Assembly (NCBI GenBank): GCA_964016885.1
Contig: OZ024758.1
Span: 14,942,001-15,006,000, forward strand
Origin: Eledone cirrhosa
Lineage: Eukaryota
Direction of reading: 5' to 3'
Length of the DNA: 64,000 nt
The notes beneath the pieces are model-generated. The model was not told where the DNA came from, ran no database searches, and was given only the letters and a program-made list of their open reading frames with translations. The translations under genes and the position numbers were made by a program. Shown here one piece after another: positions 13,863 through 26,069 of this stretch (the first letter of the stretch is position 1; each line of letters opens with the position of its first letter).

Positions 13863-14689
13863 TTTGTTAAGTAGATAATGTCTGACTTGTTATTCTGTGT
13901 GATATTAAAATATATAAAATGTAAATAATATAATATATATAATATATATAATATATATAATATATATATATAATATACAAAATATATAAAATATATATGG
14001 AAAGTAAAAAAAAACAAAGTGTTGCTTAAAGTGAGATTTCAGAAATAAAGAATGAAATAACTACTATATTACTATATATACATTATATATACATTATATA
14101 TACAACCTAGCATTTCTGTTCTTTTCTATGAAAGCTGTAATGACGCTAATGTGTGAAGCGGACATGATATATCAACTTATTTTTTCACTGATGAATCACA
14201 GATCTTTCATTGAAAATGCTATCATTTTTAATAACTGTCAAAAAATTAAACTCTTTATCATTTTTTTTTATTTTTCCATTGAAGATATTCACTTTTCATA
14301 CAGATATTTTAGACAAGTGACATTTCATTTAAAATACAAATAACAAAAGAAAGAGAAGAAAGAAAAAATAAAAAGATTGGTTGAAAAAAATAAATAATAA
14401 ATGATAAATAAATGATAAATAAATAAAACTAGCAAAAAAAAAAATGGAGAAAAGATGTTTAATATTCATATCTTTGCATATTTATTTGTAAATTTAATTC
14501 AATATGTATGTATATATACATATATATATATAAATATATGTACGTATATATGTACATATATATATGCATATATACATATATCTATACACATATATATACA
14601 CACACACACACATGTATATATATATTAGTATATATATATATGCATATATATATATATATATATATATATTTGTATATATATATACACAC

Positions 14690-14720
<31 letters not shown>

Positions 14721-14753
14721 TATATACATACATATATATATATATATTTGTAT

Positions 14754-14826
<73 letters not shown>

Positions 14827-15422
14827 TGCAAGAGAGAGAGGGAGGGATTTAAATATATTGCAATTTCAAACTTAACATATTCCTATATCAGTATGAATGA
14901 TTTAAAATGTATTTCTTTTGATATATAACATATTTACAATCAATCTGTCTCAGTAATTCCACCCTCCATCCCTCCACCACCACAACGCCATCCCCACTCC
15001 CACCCTACCACCCTTATCCCCATCAAAGCCACTTTTAAATTCTTCTTATCTTCTAGAACATGATGGTTTAGAAATTGATGTTTGGAATGGTGTTATTACA
15101 TTTTGGATGACAGAGCTGGTAAAAGCTTTGGAAAAATGGTCGTCTTGTGGCTTTTTACATCTGAGTTCAAATCTGCTAAAATCATATTTGTTCTTCATAC
15201 TCCCAGAGTTGATAAATATGGACCAGATAAAATAAGGAGGGTTGATTTCATAAATTCAAAAAAATGTCCTTTTTTACCTACAAAAACTTGTGGTCTTGTG
15301 CTTATTTTACAACCCTGCTACCATCTTTATATATATATATATACGTTATTCCGGGTTGAATCGGAGGTAACCATAGTAAGTAAGGTACTCAATACATAGC
15401 AGAGTATAACATTTGAAATCAT

Positions 15423-15467
15423 CAGGATTCCTGATGATTTCAAATGAATGAAACAGTTCTAGTCCTG
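15423..15467 (+). ncRNA. Degenerate hammerhead ribozyme in an inverted duplication
   Basis: caggattc-CTGATGA-tttc aaat gaat-GAAAC-AGTTCT-agtcctg. The 5' half is duplicated in inverted orientation at about 15410-15427. Confidence 0.5.
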
Positions 15468-15487
15468 TAGAATCTCATCTATATTAA

Positions 15488-15518
<31 letters not shown>

Positions 15519-15587
15519 GCTTCCAACAGTAATGGTTGCATTCTTTAAGGGTATGTCAATATTTATTTATAAAACTGCTCTATATTA

Positions 15588-15652
15588 TATTTTATCTGAT
15601 GAAAGCACACCATAATTTAACTTGGTGTCCTTGAAATATGTATAATGAAATA
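15588..15652 (+). ncRNA. Minimal type I hammerhead ribozyme, core intact (family F1)
   Basis: tattttat-CTGATGA-aagcacacca..tggtgtcctt-GAAATATGTATA-atgaaata. All three stems pair. Confidence 0.8.
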
Positions 15653-16111
15653 AATATGGTTTTATAAATATAGTTTCCATTTGTTAATATCGTATATATA
15701 TATATATATATATATATATAGGAGAAAGTATGACCCCGACTCCAGAGCTCAAGCCGTTTCGACGACGTCCAGAAATAGCTGTCGAAACGGCTTGAGCTCT
15801 GCCGTCGGGATCATACTTTCTTCTATTACCCACTCTACTACCCGTGAAGCTTTTATAGTGAGCAAAGGCACTGCACAAAGCCAGTCCCACTCTCTTAACC
15901 AAGATGATATTTACTAAAAAGAAGAATAAGTCAACATCATTGGATACCATCAGAGTTGCAGGTGTTATATCAGAGTTTTCCTTCTCCTAGAATTCTGCCT
16001 TGACAAAAGCTAAGGGGTCATCTCTCCCGGTGATTTTGGATGGCCATTGACTCTTAAGAGCTCCTTTGCCCTTTGACAGGTTTTGTTTTTAGTCCTGCAG
16101 GATGTCCAAAG

Positions 16112-16112
<1 letters not shown>

Positions 16113-16142
<30 letters not shown>

Positions 16143-16763
16143 CATACATGGTGGCTGCCAACTCGTTTTCGAGTACGGCCACTACTTTATATCCATGTAG
16201 GAGAACCCCTACCAATGCGCTGAACGAGTGTGACTTTTTAGTCCAGCCAGCGACTTGAAAACTCTGGTACAAACACTACACCTGTGACAATTATTGACAC
16301 ATAGTGCTGGGCCCATGGTACCATGTGACGACAAGTGCAGAGAGATCAGAGATCTCCAGATATAAAGCAATGCCTGTGCCGTGAAGCTTTTATAGTGAGC
16401 AAAGGCACTGCACAAAGCCAGTCCCACTCTCTTAATCAAGATAATATTTACCAAAAAGAAGAACAAGTCAACATCATTGGATACCATCAGAGTTGCAGGT
16501 GTTATATCAGAGTTTTCCTTCTCCTAGAATTCTGCCTTGACAAAGGCTAAGGGGTCATCTCTCCCGGTGATTTTGGATGGCCATTGACTCTTAAGAGCTC
16601 CTTTGCCCTTTGACAGGTTTTGTTTTTAGTCCTGCAGGATGTCCAAAGTCACCCTCCTCACCAAGAAACCTTGGTGGGGTTGCCAGTTTAGTCGCCAACG
16701 ACCCGACCATGGGACAGGTTGTACTGGGATACATGTTACCAGTAGCACCAACTGGTGACCTGA
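16113..16763 (-). mobile_element. Internally deleted RTE/BovB-like non-autonomous element, with partial tandem copy at 15842-16112
   Basis: Non-coding 5' part fused to a C-terminal C2H2 finger (HRCSVCTRVFKSLAGLKSHTRSAH*) and a (TGTA)n tail. About 270-bp near-identical direct repeat 15842-16111/16379-16649. Confidence 0.6.
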
Positions 16764-16791
16764 CACATACATACATACATACATACATACA

Positions 16792-16826
<35 letters not shown>

Positions 16827-17170
16827 GGAGGCACATGGCTTAGTAGTTAGAGCATTGACTTTGCAATCGAAAGGTTGTGAGTTCAATTCTCAGACCGGGT
16901 GATGTGTTGTTTCCTTGAGCAAGACACTTTATTTAACATTGCTCCAGTTCACTCAGCTGTAGAAATGAGATGATAGGGACTGGGGTCCCTATCATTCCAC
17001 TGCAAAGTGGTCGTGGAGGTGCCACAGCAAAAAAGCACCCAGCACTCACTGTAAATGAGGTTGGTGTTAGGAAGGGCATCCAGCTGTATAAATCAAGCCA
17101 GAATCAGTTCCCGTCCCACCCTTGCTAGCAGGGAAAAAGCGGACGTAAAATGAAATGAAATGAAAATGAA
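16827..17170 (+). mobile_element. tRNA-derived SINE family A (full length)
   Basis: Head ggcacatggcttagt(a/g)gttagagc..gagttcaattc with A and B boxes; body tccttgagcaagacacttt; RTE-type tail ttggtgttaggaagggcatccagctgta..ggacgtaaaatga. Confidence 0.88.
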
Positions 17171-17604
17171 AATATATACACATACATACATACATACATA
17201 CATACATACATACATACATACATACATACAGTGAGAAAGATAGAGAGGGCGAGATTATATCTATGTATGTATATATGTATGTTCTTCATAGCATCAGTGA
17301 AACTGTCATACTGTCCATTTCATTTGGAATTTATTGATAAATCACACTATCAATAAAATACATTATCAATCAATGATGTATATTTTCAGAAATGAAAACC
17401 ATCAGTTGATTTGTGACTGAAAGAACCAAAGCAAAGTCATAAAGTTATGTCTGTATGCATTTCATCATTGTGTCAAAGATTGTCATATCCTGAGTAAGAT
17501 TAATATTTTAGCATTTTACATTACTCTATATATACTATTATATTTTTGTAATAAAGGCCCTACTTGACGTATATATATGTATGTGTATATATGTACGTGT
17601 GTGT

Positions 17605-17940
17605 CATCATCATCATTTCATTTTACGTCCGCTTTTTCCCTGCTTGCAAGGGTGGGACGGGATTTTTGGCTTGATTTCTACAGCTGGATGCCCTTCCTAA
17701 CACCAACCTCATTTACAGCGAGTGCTGGGTGCTTTTTTGCCGTGTCACCTGCACGAATCACTTTGCAGTGGAATGATATGGACCCCAGTCCCTATCATCT
17801 CATTTCTACAGCTGAGTAAACTGGAGCAATGTGAAATAAAGTGTCTTGCTCAAGGAAACAACACATCACCCGGTCTGGGAATTGAACTCACAACCTTTCG
17901 ATTGCAATGCCAATGCTCTAACCACTAAGCCATGTACCTC

Positions 17941-17941
<1 letters not shown>
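17605..17941 (-). mobile_element. SINE family A
   Basis: Full copy. Partial copies also at 19850-20116 (-) and 24999-25205 (+). Confidence 0.87.
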
Positions 17942-18016
<75 letters not shown>

Positions 18017-18220
18017 ATATATATATATATATGTAATGTGGCCGTGTAGGTAACACGGTAAAAACCTCCCAGTACACACTGTAAACGTGGTTGGTGTTGG
18101 GAAGGGCACCCAGCCGTAGAAAACCCGCCAGACGTGTAGGTGTCACGACAATAAAACACACAGTCCACTACCTTGATTAAATCTTAACCATTTAACATCT
18201 CAGGGTATGTCATGTACCAT

Positions 18221-18279
18221 TATATTTTGTCTGATGAGGACGTACTGTTGTACATCCGAAATATGTAAAATAAAATGTA
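18221..18279 (+). ncRNA. Hammerhead ribozyme with U16.1->A change (F1-related)
   Basis: tatattttgt-CTGATGA-ggacgtac tgtt gtacatcc-GAAATATGTAAA-ataaaatgta. Confidence 0.65.
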
Positions 18280-18604
18280 ATTGATCAAAAGAACATCTAT
18301 TTTATTCATACTTATATTTTAATATATATATATATATATACACATACAGCATACAAAAGATAGCAATCATCATCATCATCACTTGTCGACTACTGTCGAG
18401 ATGATTGATCTCATTCTCATGCCCCAGAATCCTCTGTCCCCCATCGCTGCCCCCAGTACTATCAATACAATAGAAACAACACCAGTAAAAACCATTCTGC
18501 TCATACCCAAGGTTCACAGAGATGTGCTCGGTAAAGCAGTAATGATGCGCAATAAAAATAAAAATAATAATAATAACAATAATAATAATGATAATAATAT
18601 TTCA

Positions 18605-18968
18605 AAACATCGTGCCTGATTGTGGATGTGGCCTGCCCATTCGACACGAGAGTGCAAGAGAAGGAGAGGGAGAAAATTAACCGATACCAGGACTTAAAGT
18701 GGGAGGTAAAAAGGATTTGGAACTGCCATGAAGTTAAAGTGGTCCCGATTGTCATAGATGCACTAGGGACTATCTCAAAAAGTTTCCAGGGATGGTTAAA
18801 GAAAATTGGCCCCGCCAAGCTTTTTGGAACGCTTCAAAAGGCATGTTTGCTGGGAACAGCAAGAACCCTCCGATACGATCTGAATATCTGAGGCTGCAGG
18901 TAGTGGCTTGATATTCATTTCAACAAACTTTCTAGTTAACTAACATCAATGACTGAGACTCAAAGAAC
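18605..18968 (+). mobile_element. R4/Dong-like (restriction-like endonuclease) LINE 3' end
   Basis: CLIVDVACPFDTRVQEKEREKINRYQDL..VKVVPIVIDALG..LQKACLLGTARTLR is an RLE-type C-terminus. (AAT)n on both sides. Confidence 0.8.
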
Positions 18969-18989
18969 AATAATAATAAGAATAATAAG

Positions 18990-19436
18990 AATAATTGTTT
19001 CTACTTTTGGCACAAGGCCAGCAAATACCCAGTGCATTACTGGTACTTTATTTTATCGACCCCGTAAGGATGAAAGGCAAAGTCAACCTCGGCGGGATTT
19101 GAACTCAGATCGTAAAGGGACGTAACTATGCTGGAAAGCATGGCGTCCGACCCTGTAACTATGCTGGAAAGCATTGCGTCCGACCCTCTACCGATACTGC
19201 CAATCCACCACCCTAACATGGCGTCCGACCCTCTACCGATACTGCCAATCCACCACCCTAACATGGCGTCCGACCCTCTACCGATACTGCCAATCCACCA
19301 CCCTAACATGGCGTCCGACCTTCTACCGATACTGCCAATCCACCACCCTAGCATGGCGTCCGACCCTCTACCGATACTGCCAATCCACCACCCTAGCATG
19401 GCGTCCGACCCTCTACCGATACTGCCAATCCACCAA
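18990..19436 (-). mobile_element. SINE family B with its 5' head (45 bp) repeated about 6 times
   Basis: (gcgtccgaccctctaccgatactgccaatccaccaccctaacatg)n at 19177-19436. Confidence 0.85.
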
Positions 19437-19756
19437 TAATAATAAAACTAATGACTGATGAGAATGATTAATTCTGAAAGTTGAGGAGTAGAAATTGGTG
19501 AATGAGAAAGTGTTTGATGGAGTGCTTATATGTATCAATCAATGGAGACAGTGTTAAAATTAAGTGGGAGACCAGTTGAATACATTGGCAAGTAATAGGA
19601 GAAGGGGCTGTCATCATATGTGTTATTGGAAAGTGATGGCATGTCAGGAAATGTTGGAGACAAGTCTTCAAGTATTTCATACAATGAAGAATTTAGGTTA
19701 GAAACTGGAGTGATGAAGCAACAACAGAGAAAGATAAATTATCTGTCATTGGGACA

Positions 19757-19827
<71 letters not shown>

Positions 19828-20428
19828 GAATAGGAATAATCATTATCATCATCATCATCATTTTACGTCCGTATTTTCCCTGCTTGCAAGGGTGGGATGG
19901 GAACTGATTCTGGCTTGATTTCTACAGCTGGATGCCCTTCCTAACACCAACCTCATTTACAGTGAGTGCTGGGTGCTTTTTTGCAGTGGAATGATATGGA
20001 CCCCAGTCCCTATCATCTCATTTCTACAGCTGAGTAAACTGGAGCAATGTGAAATAAAGTGTCTTGCTCAAGGAAACAACACATTACCCGGTCTGAGAAT
20101 TGAACTCACAACCTTTCTATATCTGATTAATTTTTCCGTTGTTTTTGGTATTGTGTGGCTAGGTTTACCTACCACAATTTTCAATTTGTCAAGCTGTCTA
20201 AACGTATGTTATTACTCTGAGGCCTGCAGCCTTATTGAGTGCTTTGCTACTCATTCCTAATTGTAGGTCGTTAGCTTGGCCACAGCCAAAGCTTCGATTT
20301 TACTAAGCTTCCACTTGTATATATATATATATATTTGTTTTTCCTCCCTTCACCCCCTTTTTTTAAAATGTCTTTCCACCACTCCCCCACTCCCCCACAT
20401 ACCCTCGGAATTCTCTTCCTACCCCACT

Positions 20429-20463
20429 GTTCTCCTGATGAAGGGCTTATGCCCGAAACGTCG
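20429..20463 (+). ncRNA. Hammerhead core with stem I disrupted
   Basis: CTGATGA-agggc ttat gccc-GAAAC-GTC. Canonical minimal core, but the flanks do not pair. Confidence 0.6.
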
Positions 20464-20552
20464 TCCTCCATCCCCCACTCTCAAGCATCAAACTAAAAAC
20501 CATATCATTTGTACTGCCTCTCTGTTTTTTGTTCTCCGTTCATTTATTAAAC

Positions 20553-20583
<31 letters not shown>

Positions 20584-20598
20584 ATATGTATGTATATA

Positions 20599-20668
<70 letters not shown>

Positions 20669-21040
20669 TATACAGATTTTTCCCATGATGAGTAATTCCT
20701 GCTTCCTCACTCACATTGAAGAGATCAAACTAGGATTTAAATGTTAAAACCTGATAAAGAAATTTAAACAATCTAAATCTTAATCAATAGAAAACTATAA
20801 AAATCTGTTATATATATACATATAATGTCTTTTTCTGATAACAATGTAATTATTGGAACAAAATCATATAAAATATATTTTATTTATCTAAATAACCATT
20901 TTCAATGTTCTATATTGTTTACTAAATTTTATTATATTTTATTTTATTTTAAAAAAAATTTATTTTATGGAAATTTTTTCCAACATTTTCTAAAATATTT
21001 GTATTCAATTTAAATTCTATATTAATTTATCCAGCACTGA

Positions 21041-21081
<41 letters not shown>

Positions 21082-21288
21082 TGATGACTTTAACAGATAT
21101 AATTATAATAAAAAAACAAATAGTAATATTAATAACAGCAACCAAATATATAATAATATTTAATATAATATTATCAATTACTACTATTACTACTACTACT
21201 ACTACAACCACAGATATATTATTTAAAATAAATAACAACAAAAAATACTACTACTACCACCACCACCACCACCACCACTACAACCACC

Positions 21289-21320
<32 letters not shown>

Positions 21321-21640
21321 CACTACCACTACCACTACTACTACTACAACCACTACAACCAGAGATATATTAATATTTAAAATAATATTGATTTTTAAAT
21401 AATAATTGTTTTGCTTTGCTTTGTTTTCTGGAAGAATTGATGAAATTTAATTTGTAAAAAGCTTTGCCTTAAGAATATTTTCAGAGCTATTATATAATAC
21501 CATTATATAACACCATTCCTAATCACCAGAGGATTTAATTCATATGATCTGAGTTCAAGTATTAGCATTCTCAATATTTACATATATGTATATATATACA
21601 ATATATTAATAAATGGAAACTATATTTATAAAACCATATT

Positions 21641-21706
21641 TATTTTATTATATATATTTCAAGGGCAACCAAGGCAAATTATGGTGCACTTTCATCAGAT
21701 AAACTA
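21641..21706 (-). ncRNA. Minimal type I hammerhead ribozyme, core intact (family F1)
   Basis: Reverse complement: tagtttat-CTGATGA-aagtgcacca..tggttgccctt-GAAATATATATA-ataaaata. Flanks are homologous to the 15588 and 26005 copies. Confidence 0.75.
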
Positions 21707-21774
21707 CAGATTTGTTTTATAAATAAATATTGACATACCCGGAAAAAAAGACAACCTTAACGGTTGGAGCTTCC

Positions 21775-22046
21775 TGGAAAACAGCACAGTTCCCATGACT
21801 TTCGGAAACATTTTTTCACGCTCAGAGTTGCTGAAGCATGGAACAAACTACCTGCATCAGTTGTTAGCTGTCGAGACGCTGCATCCTTTAAGGCCTCCAT
21901 GCTTCCCGAGATCCGCCAACACTACAGCTAACACATACAAACATGTACTTCCCTGGCATTTGTGTATTATTCTATGTACTATATTGACGAGTTGTAGTGC
22001 ACCTGAGCACTTTACACAATAATTTCATTATTATCATTATTATTAT
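21775..22046 (+). mobile_element. CR1-clade LINE 3' end
   Basis: KQHSSHDFRKHFFTLRVAEAWNKLPASVVSCRDAASFK plus 3' UTR gagttgtagtgcacctgagcac and (ATT)n tail. Confidence 0.8.
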
Positions 22047-22327
22047 AGTGGAGATATTTTATTGAGGGTGATACAAAGTTATGAGTAAGTATGCAAATGA
22101 GTGCCCAAAAAGTTGAAAAGATAACGGTTTATTTAAATTAAACTGTTGGAAGAAGATGATATGTAAGGGAGAGAGAAAAAAAGGAAAGAGAGAAGAGGAA
22201 AGAAAGAACGATTATACAGAGTGATAGTGAAGAAAGTCAGAGTGAATGAAGAAATAAGGTTTAATGGAAAAATTGTTGAATCCCAACAAATTAAATATAA
22301 CCTCTGCATGTATATATATATATATGT

Positions 22328-22671
22328 AGGCACATGGCTTAGTGGTTAGAGCATTGGCCTTGCAATCGAAAGGTTGTGAGTTCAATTCTCAGACCAGGTG
22401 ATGTGTTGTTTCCTTGAGCAAGACACTTTATTTCACATTGCTCCAGTTTACTCAGCTGTAGAAATGAGATGATAGGGACTGGGGTCCCTATCATTCCACT
22501 GCAAAGTGGTCGTGGAGGTGCCACGGCAAAAAAGCACCCAGCACTCACTGTAAATGAGGTTGGTGTTAGGAAGGGCATCCAGCTGTAAAAATCAAGCCAG
22601 AATCAGTTCCCGTCCCACCCTTGCAAGCAGGGAAAAAGCGGACGTAAAATGAAATGATGATGATGATGATG
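22328..22671 (+). mobile_element. SINE family A
   Basis: Full copy with (GAT)n tail. Confidence 0.88.
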
Positions 22672-22889
22672 ATATATATATAATATATATAATAAGAAAA
22701 TATTTCTTACTATATATATATTATATATATATATATATATATATGTGAAGTACTTCCGTAGGAAAGGTACAGGAAAAGAGAGTGCTCTATGTAGGCTACA
22801 GAGCTTATTACTTATGTAATAAACAACATAAAATAATTATTTCATTTACCAGTGGTTTCTTGAAGACAGATGTTTATATTTGTCTTCAG

Positions 22890-22947
22890 TCGTTCTGATG
22901 ACTGAAGACATATAAATATCTGCCTTCAAGAAACCACTGGTAAATGA
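22890..22947 (+). ncRNA. Type I hammerhead ribozyme, core intact (family F2)
   Basis: tcgtt-CTGATGA-ctgaagaca..tgccttcaa-GAAACC-ACT-GGTA-aatga. It lies at the centre of an inverted repeat (about 22812-22977). Confidence 0.78.
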
Positions 22948-22974
22948 AATAATTATCTTATGTTGTTTATTACA

Positions 22975-23029
<55 letters not shown>

Positions 23030-23037
<8 letters not shown>

Positions 23038-23343
23038 AAAAGCGAGGATGTGTGTGTGTCTGTGTACAATTTTGCATACAATTTGGCCAAATTTTCTGTG
23101 CACGTTGCACAGGTCGCTAAGATTGTCACATCATAAACATTTTTCAAATCGACCCACGTTGAGCAATAAAAAATCGATATCAAAATTATCGGTAGCAAAA
23201 TTGATGTAAGGGAGATAACCAACTTTATTGACAAATATAAACATAAGATTCATTTGAAGATAAATTACTAATATTATCGTTTGTTTCTTGTTTATTCTTT
23301 GTTGCATTTCAAATCCCGGGCAACGCCGGGTAAATCTGTTAGT
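23030..23343 (+). mobile_element. Non-autonomous Helitron-like element
   Basis: 5' tatatataaaa..gtgtgtgtgtctg; 3' GC hairpin CCCGGGCAACGCCGGG about 10 nt before a degenerate (C/T)TAGT end. Confidence 0.7.
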
Positions 23344-23367
23344 AATATATATAGTAAGAAAATATTT

Positions 23368-23449
<82 letters not shown>

Positions 23450-23668
23450 GATCGAGTATCGAAAAATCGGCGCACGAGTTCACGATAAACAAGATTCGAA
23501 ATGAGCGGCAGAGGGCTCAATAATTCAGATGAATCAGAGCTATAACTATCGTTAAAATACCGTCACATATAGAACAAGTCTACAATCAACCATACGATAA
23601 AAAATCGATAAAGGAAGATTCGGGACAAACAGATAAAAAATATCAATAAAACAATACGTCAATAATTT

Positions 23669-23699
<31 letters not shown>

Positions 23700-24314
23700 G
23701 TAGTAAGAAAAGAAAATAAAAAAATATATTACAGACATATAATAATTGTTTCTACTTTTGGCACAAGGCCAGCAATTACCCGAGTGTATTACTGGTACTT
23801 TATTTTATTGACCCCAGAAGGATGAAATACAAAGTTAACCTTGGCGGGATTTGAACTCAGACCCTAAAGGACCGCAACTCTATGCTGCAAAGCATGGCGT
23901 TCGACCCTTTACCAATACTGCCAGCAGCTCTGTATCGTAGTTAGAATTGTTTTTTTATTTTTATTTTGTATGTTTATGTCTTTACCCCTTTACATTTCGT
24001 CATCCCTGTATTCTTGTATTGCCATACTTCCTTAATGCTTACTTCGAACAATGTGCCAGCGGACGTCAGGCAGACGGGTCGACATGCATGAGTACATAAG
24101 ACCAAGATGGCGATAATAGACGATAAATTATAGGAAGACCCCAGCTGGGATCTGACCGAAAACAAACGAGCAATTGAATGCGGTTACACACCACCATGAC
24201 AGAATTTGTGGCAGTATATAAGTAGGAATCAGGATAATATTTAACCACTCTCAGACACAAGTCTACATGTTAAAACATATCTGAGGAGCTTCCAATTCCA
24301 GAGTCAGGTTCGTT

Positions 24315-24614
24315 TGCAAGGGTGGGACGGGAACTGATTCTGGCTTGATTTCTACAGCTGGATGCCCTTCCTAACACCAACCTCATTTACAGTGAGTGCT
24401 GGGTGCTTTTTTGCCGTGGCACCTCCACGACCACTTTGCAGTGGAATGATATGGACTCCAGTCCCTATCATCTCACTTCTACAGCTGAGTAAACTGGAGC
24501 AATGTGAAATAAAGTGTCTTGCTCAAGGAAACAACACATCACCCGGTCTGAGAATTGAACTCACAACCTTTCGATTGCAAGGCCAATGCTCTAACCACTA
24601 AGCCATGTGCCTCC
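24315..24614 (-). mobile_element. SINE family A
   Basis: Near-full copy. Confidence 0.87.
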
Positions 24615-25821
24615 ATGTAATATGTAATAAAATATGTATATGATGTAACACTAATTCTTTGTTCACTTATATATTAATACTATTGATACTCTGCTCCCCG
24701 GGAGCATCGAGTGCTCATTCGGCATACCAACTATGGACGCAATTAATACCTTAATTAATACCTACAGATCGAACCTTGAGCTGATCAGTGGTGAAACACG
24801 TGTCACCTACCAATAAATGTAATGAAGGAGTAACTAATCGTCCTTGTTATCTTTTCAATATAATACACTCTGTATAGCTCTACACCTCAACACAGAAGTG
24901 AACCTAAACATTGAGTGCTCACCCGGGTGAACCTACAGTAATTCCAAGTTACACTCCCTAGATATATATCATCATCATCATCATCATCATTTTACGTCCA
25001 GTTTACTCAGCTGTAGAAATGAGATGATAGGACTAGGGTCCCTATCATTCCACTGCAAGGTGGTCGTGGAGGTGCCACGGCAAAAAAGCACCCAGCACTC
25101 ACTGTAAATGAGGTTGGTGTTAGGAAGGGCATCCAGCTGTAGAAATCAAGCCAGAATCAGTTCCCGTCCCACCCTTGCAAGCAGGGAAAAGCGGACGTAA
25201 AATGATTATAAATACATACATATAATATATACATAAATATATATTATATATGTAATCATCATCATCATCATCATCATCGTTTAACGTCCATATTCCACGC
25301 TTGCATGGGTTTGGACGGGAGTTTTCCCACTTGAGGCAAGAGTGGTTGTCTTGCTCGCATAGGACTGTCTGGCGGGTTTTCTACGGCTGGATGCCCTTCC
25401 TAACACCAACCACATTTACAGTGTGGAACTGGGAGGTTTTTACCGTGTTACCTACATGGCAATATATGTAATATATATATAATATATATACATACATACC
25501 GTCTAACCCATGCTAGTGGAGAAGATAGACGTTAAACGATGATGGTGATGATGATGATATATATACATAAATATATTTATTATATATGTAAAATATATAT
25601 ATTATATATGTAATATATATATGATATATATGTATACATATATAATATATATATATACATAAATATATATATATAGTGAGTTAGAAACTCAGAGTAGTCT
25701 CTTACAATTACGATTCAAACACATGTATGTTTATATTAGTGTTCATCTATCTTGTTTATTCAATTATATATACATAAATATATATATTATATATGTAATA
25801 TATACGTAATATATGTGTGTG

Positions 25822-25855
<34 letters not shown>

Positions 25856-26004
25856 TACATATATATACATAAATATATATATTATATATGTAATATATAT
25901 GTAATATATATGTGTATATATATATATACTAATGTGTGTGAAATATATATATATGTATATATACGATATTAAATAAATGGAAACTATATCTATAAAACCA
26001 TATT

Positions 26005-26069
26005 TATTTCATTATACATATTTCAGGGATACCAAATTAAAATATGGTATGCCTTCATCAGACAAAATA
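26005..26069 (-). ncRNA. Minimal type I hammerhead ribozyme, core intact (family F1)
   Basis: Reverse complement: tattttgt-CTGATGA-aggcatacca..tggtatccct-GAAATATGTATA-atgaaata. A partial inverted copy starts at 26148. Confidence 0.8.

Noticed and set aside
14185-14225. CTGATGA..GAAA hammerhead-like match
   Set aside because: No stem I and no convincing stem II; probably chance.
16670-16765. Possible HDV-like ribozyme at the 5' end of the RTE derivative (minus strand)
   Set aside because: P2- and P4-like pairings and a CTAA joiner are visible, but I could not place P1 and P3 consistently; it needs a descriptor search.
16827-16900. SINE heads as tRNA genes
   Set aside because: A and B boxes are present, but there is no complete cloverleaf and each continues into a SINE body.
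19450-19490. CTGATGA-gaat/attc-tGAAA match
   Set aside because: No cleavage triplet or stem I pairing.
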